Source: an uncultured Nitrososphaerota archaeon
Lineage (GTDB): Archaea > Asgardarchaeota > Njordarchaeia > Njordarchaeales > Panguiarchaeaceae
Assembly (NCBI GenBank): GCA_964636085.1
Contig: CAZWPQ010000011.1
Span: 51,568-65,229 of the forward strand
Length of the DNA stretch: 13,662 nucleotides
Direction: 5' to 3'
Shown here: positions 6,739 to 13,662 of the stretch, piece by piece
Layout: each line of letters opens with the position of its first letter
Position numbering within the stretch: position 1 is the stretch's first letter
Notes under the pieces: model-generated
Database searches by the model: none
What the model saw: only the letters and a program-made list of their open reading frames with translations
Told to the model about the DNA's origin: nothing
Program-made: the position numbers and the translations under genes

Positions 6739-9700
6739 ATGCGGAAAGTCATCCTTTTCTTTACGACATTTTTGTTGCTAGCTAGTGTTCTAGTTGAAGC
6801 TAATTTTGCGAAATTTGGAGTTCATGATAAGGATACTATCAACTTGACAGACATAGTACAGGAATCCATGACGCTGAATAACAACAACATTAATAAGCGT
6901 CCTAATGTATATCTGGATCCGCAAATAAGCGATATGGACAACCTAATGCAACTTATAGTCCTATTTAAGAATAGGGATTATATGAAAAGTGGCTTATCAA
7001 AACTCAGGGCAGAATACGGTGCGGGCATCCTAGCAGAGTTCAAAATAATACCTGCTGCTCTAGTGGAAACAAAACCAATATACATCATAGACAGAATTGA
7101 TGGCGTGAGAGCCATTTATATGAACAGAATAATAGAACCACCAAAATATTTTATTTCAGAACCAGAAGAAAGACAAGTACACACACAACTTGACGCCGAG
7201 CAAACAATGGGGGCTCCAACATTTTGGAACGCTGGATACAATGGTACTGGTATAGTTGCATGTGTTATCGACACTGGGATAAACCCAGACCACCCAGAAC
7301 TTGAGGGGAAGGTCATAGCCGCCGAATCATTCATCAAGAAGGAATATGGATATGATCAAGATATTTCAAATCCAATGGATGAAGAAGGCCATGGAACAGC
7401 GGTTGCTGGCATAATTGCTGGCAAAGGATTGGATTCTCGTGGGCATGGCGTTGCACCAAATGCTCTTCTAATGAATGCAAGAGTATTTCCAAAAAGAGGA
7501 GGCGCGACTTGGGCAGGAATAATTGCAGCGATAGACTGGGCCATATATGGGCCTGATGGAATACCCAATACTGGGGATGAAGCGGATGTTATAAACATGT
7601 CGCTCGGCGGTGGGGCGATATACAACTCCCCCATATGGCTCGCGATTGAACGGGCTATAGAACATGGAGTAGTAGTGGTTGTAGCCGCCGGTAATGAGGG
7701 AGACAACCAGTTGTACTCAATGTCTGTGGGCGATCCTGGGAACTCACCATTAGCTATCACCGTGGGTGCGGTAAAACCCGATTATAGTGGCCTTGACTAT
7801 TACTATGGCCAGTATACATCAATTGGGCCGACAATACTGCTTGCGGTGAAGCCTGATATAGTGGCACCATCTGGTACGATTGTGATAGATTATCAAGGAG
7901 GATATACCTCTAGTGAATGGCATGGAACGAGCTTTTCTTCGCCATTTACTGCGGGGGCGGTTGCTCTCATATTGGATTACTTGATAGCCCATAATGTTTC
8001 AAAGATCTATAGGCCATGGATAGCGAAGGCCATTTTGATGAAGACTGCTAAACCAGTATACGAGACTGTTGATACTGAGAATATTAAGTATGAGGATCTC
8101 GTTATTGGCGCTGGGGCTATTGATTTGGAAGATGTCTTTAATGAGTTGGAGTCTTGTGGTATTTCTGGTGGCTCCTACCCACAGTGGCTCTATATTCTTC
8201 CTACAAAGGTTCCCGTTGGGATTAGTAACTCTACCAGAAAAGTCCCTGAGCATTTGCCGTATTTCCCATATTTTGATAGGGTCTTCATAAATCAGACGCT
8301 ATACTTTAATTTTACCATAGTTGCGAGCCGCAACACAACGATTGAGGTCACGTATATAGGCGATTTCGCTGGCGTCCTAGAAATACATACATCCTCAACG
8401 ATAGATGTGACAATGCCCACTACTTACTGGGAGTTCAACTTTACTGTAAAGACTGGTGCTTCGGAGGGAACATATAGTGGTATTATAAGATTCAACGATA
8501 CTAAATATGGTATCATATGGGAGGTCCCCATACAGTTCAAGGTTGTGAAACCGAAAATAAGGGTTTTGATGGATCTCAAGCACACCGATTGGGATATAGA
8601 TATGAGATATGGCCAATATAGATTCCTTGTCAGGGCACTAGAAGTGATGAATGATGCGTCTGTAGAGATGTTGCACCACCACTATAAGGGAAAAATAACT
8701 CTAGATCTACTAGAGAAGTACGACCTGATATTTATACCGGATACATCATCCTATGAACCAATAATGGATGAGAATGGACTCATTGTTGAGGAGATGTACG
8801 ATAATTGGCAACTAGATGAGATATGGGCAATCCACAGATATGTTGAGCATGGTGGAACAGTCGTGGTATTTGCATTGAGTGCAAAGTATCATAATATCTC
8901 CAATATAAATGAACTACTAAGACCTACAAAATCAAAATTGACTTCCGAATCTTGGTATGGTACTGACAGTACTGTAGCAGTGAGCGTTGTAGGAGGACAC
9001 TTCATAGCAAAGAATATAACCGAGCTACCATATCAGGGAATAACTATGGATGTGTCTTTCATTTCTGAGAAATTCCTAGAATATACGGACTTTTACGGTA
9101 AACATGATCTGGCAATGTGTTATCAAGGCTTTAGGGGCGGTGGCATAATAGCGCTTGGATCGAATTTTATGTTCGATAACTGGGCATTTAAGGCCCAATA
9201 TCCAGGATCTGGGACATATGCCTCCAATGTCTATAACTTCGCTAAAAATATCATAGATTTTGTGTATTATGGCAAGGATATCATTGATATGGTATGGTTC
9301 AACACAACCATGGAAATAATACTGCCAGATACCAGGGCCTTGAAGGTATATGCAAATAATACAACGGCACTAATAAACTTGACATGGATCTATCGGGATT
9401 ATGAAGGAAACCAATGTGATGGAGAGCTCACGTATAACTCCTCGTCGGGTCTATGGGAAGGAATAATACCAATATCGACACAGAAATATGCTTACATTGT
9501 TTTCAAGGCATACTTCACAATCAGCGGCGAGACCTATTATGTAGTAAGGGCAGGAACAATATATGTTGATTACTACCCCCCCACGATATCCCTACTAACC
9601 CCCTCAGCCATCATCATCGGGGGTGGCACTAACGTAACAATTAAAGTAAACATAAGTGATGACGGGGCATTACAAGCCGAAGGTATAAATGTAGGACTAA

Positions 9701-10833
9701 ATATATCCCAGGATCTATATGGGCTAACACTAAGAAACATAACACGAATGATGTCAATAGCGACAATACAACTAACATGGAACTCAATAAGGAACCTTAC
9801 ACTAGACGCAGGGAGAGATAAAGTCCGAATACTCATCGAGGTAAACGCTAGTGATTACCTAGGAAAAACGGCATCAGAACAGCTGACTGTGCAAATAACG
9901 GTTGATGTTGTTGGTCCAACAATAGAAATCACAAGCCCCTCATACGGCGCAATAGTGAGGGGTATAATAGCTATATCGGCAGAGGTTACAGATCAGTATA
10001 GTAGCGTGAGCAAAGTGGAGTTCTACATAGACAATGTTCTACTAAGAAGATTTTATTATTCGCCATATACATACAGCCTAAACACATCGCTATATATAGA
10101 TGGGCCTCATGAACTGGAAGTAGTAGCATATGACTCCTTTGGAAATAACAACACAGAGAAAATCACGGTAACCATAGATAATACGGCCCCATCCCTAGAA
10201 ATACTCTCACCTATAGATGGCTCATTAATTAAGGGGCCTATAAACATAACGGCATCCGCACAGGACGAGACCACAGGAGTAAAGAAGGTAGAGTTCTATA
10301 TTGATTCAATCCTAATAGACGAGATCTCAGAAGCGCCATACACAACAATATATGACTCAACAGCAATAACGGATGGAAGCCACACAATCATTGTGATTGC
10401 GTATGACAATGCGAACAATACGGCACAAGAATCAGTAAGTATAGAAGTCGACAATACGGCTCCAACAATAGAGATACTAAGTCCTACCAATAACAGCGAG
10501 GTTAGTGGGACTATAAAAATAGAAATAAAAGTTGAAGACCCTGTGGCTGGCGTGGATACTGTACAAGTATTCATAAATGACGAAAAAATAGCCGAAGAGA
10601 AAAACACCACATCACTCACAGTCGAGCTAGACACGACAAAATATGACGATGGGACATACACAATAAGCATAGTAGCTATAGACAAAATTGGGAATCAAGC
10701 CACAGCAAACATTGTTATCAACATCCAAAACAAAAAACCATCACCACCATACCTACTAGTCGGTGGAGCCATAGCTGGAATCGCCATCATTGCAATCATC
10801 GTTATTTTTGTGACGAGAAAGAAAAAGACCTAG
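6739..10833 (+). CDS. membrane-anchored subtilisin-family (S8) serine protease with S1P-like accessory domains and Ig-like repeats
   Basis: Signal peptide [21 protein letters not shown]; I9-like propeptide; catalytic Asp VIDTG (7270), His GHGTAVAG (7390), oxyanion Asn AAGN (7693), Ser GTSFSSP (7930); then a beta-sandwich, a GATase-like alpha/beta domain, Ig repeats, TM [20 protein letters not shown] and RKKKT. ATG 6739 has an SD; TTG 6682 does not. Confidence 0.95.
   Translation: [1364 protein letters not shown]
9904..10731 (+). repeat. three tandem 91-aa Ig-like (Big-type) domains in the protease
   Basis: Repeat starts [12 protein letters not shown] (9904), [12 protein letters not shown] (10177), [12 protein letters not shown] (10450), an exact 273-nt period; shared V-x-x-V-E/Q-F/V-Y/F-I-D/N, DG-x-H/Y and A-Y/I-D-x-x-x-N motifs. 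A divergent fourth copy starts near 9568 ([12 protein letters not shown]). Confidence 0.9.
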
Positions 10834-10836
10834 CAT

Positions 10837-10854
10837 TTCTTTTCTCCTTTTTTT
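10837..10854 (+). terminator. oligo-T terminator
   Basis: tttcttttctcctttttt tract after TAG 10833. Confidence 0.65.
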
Positions 10855-10924
10855 ATAGAGCGTATCTTCCAGAAATCCTAGGGCGGAGTAGATATCCTCC
10901 TCTCCATAGGGCGGGTATATATTG

Positions 10925-10990
10925 GGTAAACATTTATAAAGGAAATTTCTATCATATATCTCTAGAAAAATTTTTGTGAGAAAAAGGGTG
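10925..10990 (+). promoter_or_regulatory. putative BRE/TATA and SD for dppA
   Basis: GGTAAACA followed by TTTATAAA (10933-10940); GGGTG at 10986-10990 before ATG 10998. Confidence 0.65.
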
Positions 10991-10997
10991 CATTCAT

Positions 10998-13106
10998 ATG
11001 CAAAAGAAAAAAATAGGTATACTGCTTTTAGCAACATTAGCCCTTCTACCACTCATGTCGGCAGTACAAGCACACAAACCAAGCTCTGGAATAACAATAA
11101 AGGAGGAAGCCACAACAATAGTCGAATACCAAATAGAACCAGATCCTACGGTTACGCTACACCTAGCGTTAGGTTACTATGCAGATAAGCTAAACCCAGC
11201 AGCATCCACAACAGCGTACGACTTGGATATACTTTTGCTTCTTTTCGATGGATACATGTATCCACATCCATTCAAATACTTCGACATATTCTCCGATATG
11301 CCCTGGATGCTAAATGGATCCCCTGAATGGCAGGTAGTAGAAGACCCCGTATACGGAAACATAAGCTACTGGATATTCAAATTCAGAAATGACATATACT
11401 TCTTCGACGGAACTCCACTAACAGCGGAAGATGTTGTCTTCACATATGATTTCATGAAGTGGCTATACCCATACTCAGAAGCGTGGTATGACATAGGTAG
11501 AATCATAATCAATGCGACCGCTATAGACCAATACACAGTAAAAGTATACCTAAACACGACTGGTTATCTATCGGCGAGATATGCATTTATAATTATATTC
11601 CCCAAGCATATCTATGGGGAAGCGACAACATGGGATCCAGATGGAACAGGAACATTCCCATCATGGTCAGTAACACAAACTCAGGTAATCGAATACAGAG
11701 CAAAATCCCCATCAGACCCAATACTAACTGGCTATGGACCATTCAAGCTCAAGAGCTGGTCCCCAAGCGGCCTATGTACAGAGGCAACAACATTCCTCCT
11801 AGAACGCAACCCAGATTACTTCATGAGAGCAGTCGACGAGAATGATCATGTCGTGTGGGAATGGCATGAGTTAACCCCTGAATATGTTGACCAATATGGA
11901 GCTGACGCGCTGAGGGGTCCATATGTAAAGTATATAGAATACAAGGTCATTATAGAGACAGCTGACATCGTAAACGCTCTTATTACTGGAGAGATTGATA
12001 TGGCTGCTGACTTCGCGTTCGGAAGGTACTACAGCCAGCTAGTTGATGCGGGCATGGCTATATCCTACGCTCCACGCCTGGGATTCGGCCATACATTCAT
12101 TAACTGCAGGAACTGGCCTCTGAGTGAGAGTGCCTTCAGAAGAGCACTAGCATATGCATATGACAAGCGCGCCGTGTGTGAGAGGGTATGGGCAGGTTGG
12201 GCAGAGCCTTTGGACGTTCCAGTACCCAAATCAATGGGCGAGTGGAGCATCGAGTACTTAACATTGAAGCCAGATTCCTATGCGGATATGAACAAACCAA
12301 AGGCCCTCTCGGAGCTAGCTAAGCTAAACATTTCGGATAAAGACAACGACGGCTGGCTTGAGGACGAGTCTGGACAAGAAATCACGATAACAATCGAAGG
12401 TACGGATACAAAGGATGTTAGGGATATAGTCACAACACTCGCCAGTAGCGTGGAGGAAGTAGGTATTCATGTTAATACCGTATTTGTAGATTTCAGAACG
12501 TTAATTAGCCATCTAGTTTCTGGCGCGTTTGACATACTATTCTTTGGATTTGGCCTCACACGCCTGCCATACTTCCTCGAGGCATTCGCATCATGGTCAC
12601 TCTACTCTCAACTTGCTGGTTGGAGTAACGCGACATATGATGACATAATCGATCAGGCATTCTACAACCTATCTAATCTTGATACAATAAGAGAATACCT
12701 ATGGGATGCTCAGCTAATATTCTTCTATGAGCTACCACTCATCCCGATCTACCAGAACGTCATAGTTGGTGCCTACAGGTCATTCAAGGACTTCGGCGTT
12801 AATGGATGGGCAGGAGTATTTGAAAGTCTAACTGGTGGCCCAGTAACTAATGGTTACACAATAATGAAGTGTGTCAAGCCAAAGAGCATAAGTGTGACCA
12901 CGATAACGATTCTGCCACCACCTCCACCAACACCTGTAGTTACAAGTACTGTGGTAACAATGAAGAATACAACGGTGTCGAATGTAACAACAGTCAAGAA
13001 GTTCCTACCACCCAATGCTGCGCCTTGGCTTGGTTTTGGTGTTGCGATAGACCTAGTTATAATCTTGGCAGCATACATTGTGTCTTTCAGGAAACGTATT
13101 GAGTAG
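10998..13106 (+). CDS. dppA: family 5 ABC peptide-binding protein (DppA/OppA), archaeal C-terminally anchored type
   Basis: Signal peptide; LNP; FRNDIYFFDGTPLTAEDVVFTY; GYGPFKL; LERNPDYF; ALITGEID; FRRALAYAYD; ELPLIP; Thr/Pro-rich linker; C-terminal TM plus RKRIE. Confidence 0.94.
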   Translation: MQKKKIGILLLATLALLPLMSAVQAHKPSSGITIKEEATTIVEYQIEPDPTVTLHLALGYYADKLNPAASTTAYDLDILLLLFDGYMYPHPFKYFDIFSDMPWMLNGSPEWQVVEDPVYGNISYWIFKFRNDIYFFDGTPLTAEDVVFTYDFMKWLYPYSEAWYDIGRIIINATAIDQYTVKVYLNTTGYLSARYAFIIIFPKHIYGEATTWDPDGTGTFPSWSVTQTQVIEYRAKSPSDPILTGYGPFKLKSWSPSGLCTEATTFLLERNPDYFMRAVDENDHVVWEWHELTPEYVDQYGADALRGPYVKYIEYKVIIETADIVNALITGEIDMAADFAFGRYYSQLVDAGMAISYAPRLGFGHTFINCRNWPLSESAFRRALAYAYDKRAVCERVWAGWAEPLDVPVPKSMGEWSIEYLTLKPDSYADMNKPKALSELAKLNISDKDNDGWLEDESGQEITITIEGTDTKDVRDIVTTLASSVEEVGIHVNTVFVDFRTLISHLVSGAFDILFFGFGLTRLPYFLEAFASWSLYSQLAGWSNATYDDIIDQAFYNLSNLDTIREYLWDAQLIFFYELPLIPIYQNVIVGAYRSFKDFGVNGWAGVFESLTGGPVTNGYTIMKCVKPKSISVTTITILPPPPPTPVVTSTVVTMKNTTVSNVTTVKKFLPPNAAPWLGFGVAIDLVIILAAYIVSFRKRIE

Positions 13107-13107
13107 A

Positions 13108-13154
13108 TTTTTTATTTTATTCTTTTTTAGCTTTTTCATAAATTTTTCTGTTTC
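13108..13154 (+). terminator. long oligo-T terminator region
   Basis: Several T4-T6 runs directly after TAG 13106. Confidence 0.7.
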
Positions 13155-13263
13155 CTTGGAGACTGTCTATGGTTTTTATTTGCTGGTTCTAGCCAGAAGA
13201 CCTACCCCACAAAACTCCGACAAAAACTATGTGCTTCCAGCACGCTTTTAACGCCATTTTTCT

Positions 13264-13662
13264 ATGGTACATATGGACAAGTGCGGGCATCCAAAAGAAA
13301 GTATAGTCGAGAGGAAGATCAGACGGCGAGACGGAAAAGAAGTGCTTGTCCACGCATGCACCAAATGCGGGGAGATCCTAGAAGTAATATGTCTGAAATG
13401 CAGAACTAAGAAGTGGAGAAACAACAGCTATACGAGGAAAGACGGGACGCACGTTGAGGGGTTCACATGCCCAAGCTGCGGGAAATCCATATCGCTAGCA
13501 CCCTCCGAAGTCATAGCTAACGAGAAGTGTATTGGGGCGCATGAAGACCTCAAAGAGGTCACAGAAATAAAGAAGGACAAAACCCGAATCAAGGTGTTCA
13601 AATGCGGGAAGTGCGGCGAGGTTGAGGCATATTGCAAAGGGTGCAAAAGGTGGATGTGGCAT
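13264..13662 (+). CDS. multi-zinc-ribbon protein with an internal ~82-aa duplication; 3'-truncated
   Basis: Frame 1 is open to the window end: MVHMDKCGHPKESIVERKIRRRDGKEVLVHACTKCGEILEVICLKCRTKKWRNNSYTRKDGTHVEGFTCPSCGKSISLAPSEVIANEKCIGAHEDLKEVTEIKKDKTRIKVFKCGKCGEVEAYCKGCKRWMWH. Five CxxC and two C..H motifs. Start is ATG 13264 or 13273. Absent from the ORF track because there is no stop in the window. Confidence 0.85.
   Translation, partial: MVHMDKCGHPKESIVERKIRRRDGKEVLVHACTKCGEILEVICLKCRTKKWRNNSYTRKDGTHVEGFTCPSCGKSISLAPSEVIANEKCIGAHEDLKEVTEIKKDKTRIKVFKCGKCGEVEAYCKGCKRWMWH

Noticed and set aside
12336-12362. DKDNDGWLE calcium-binding-like loop in DppA
   Set aside because: Common in family 5 binding proteins, so not novel.
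219-13102. Short alternative-frame + strand ORFs (219-407, 843-1061, 8069-8290, 10976-11188, 11630-11845, 12869-13102)
   Set aside because: They overlap confident CDSs out of frame; the Cys-richness of 12869-13102 is a by-product of Thr/Val codons in the DppA linker.
13000-13106. Sortase/archaeosortase signal (LPPNA; no PGF)
   Set aside because: It does not match LPxTG or PGF-CTERM, and no shared pre-TM motif is seen across the anchored proteins.
825-13646. All minus-strand ORFs in the track (e.g. 2418-2744, 7356-7760, 10296-10685, 10756-11052, 13428-13646)
   Set aside because: They are antisense shadows of well-supported + strand genes and have no recognisable motifs.
1-13662. CRISPR array, tRNA/rRNA, IS element, integrase or intein
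   Set aside because: No repeat-spacer periodicity, cloverleaf, terminal inverted repeats or transposase motifs were seen; the DppC insert lacks intein terminal (C...HN) and LAGLIDADG motifs.

Overview
Archaeal chromosomal window with every credible gene on the + strand. Archaeal signals include GGAGGTGA-type Shine-Dalgarno sites, TATA/BRE-like promoters, oligo-T terminators, ATA/AGA/AGG codon use and many N-glycosylation sequons. It holds a scattered oligopeptide (Opp/Dpp) ABC importer: DppB, a DppC with a ~370-aa extracellular insertion, and a C-terminally anchored DppA; no ATPase subunits are in the window. These genes are interleaved with single-pass surface proteins: a TSP3-like Ca-binding protein (partial), a beta-rich unknown, a beta-propeller protein, a GOLD/p24-like protein and a ~1364-aa membrane-anchored S8 protease. 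After its catalytic domain the protease appears to have the two-domain module of eukaryotic Site-1 protease (MBTPS1/SKI-1), followed by Ig-like repeats. The window ends in a tandem-duplicated multi-zinc-ribbon ORF missed by the ORF track. The overall picture is a cell-surface protein-degradation and peptide-uptake locus with S1P-like and p24-like components. All family assignments are by-eye motif recognition; no searches were run.
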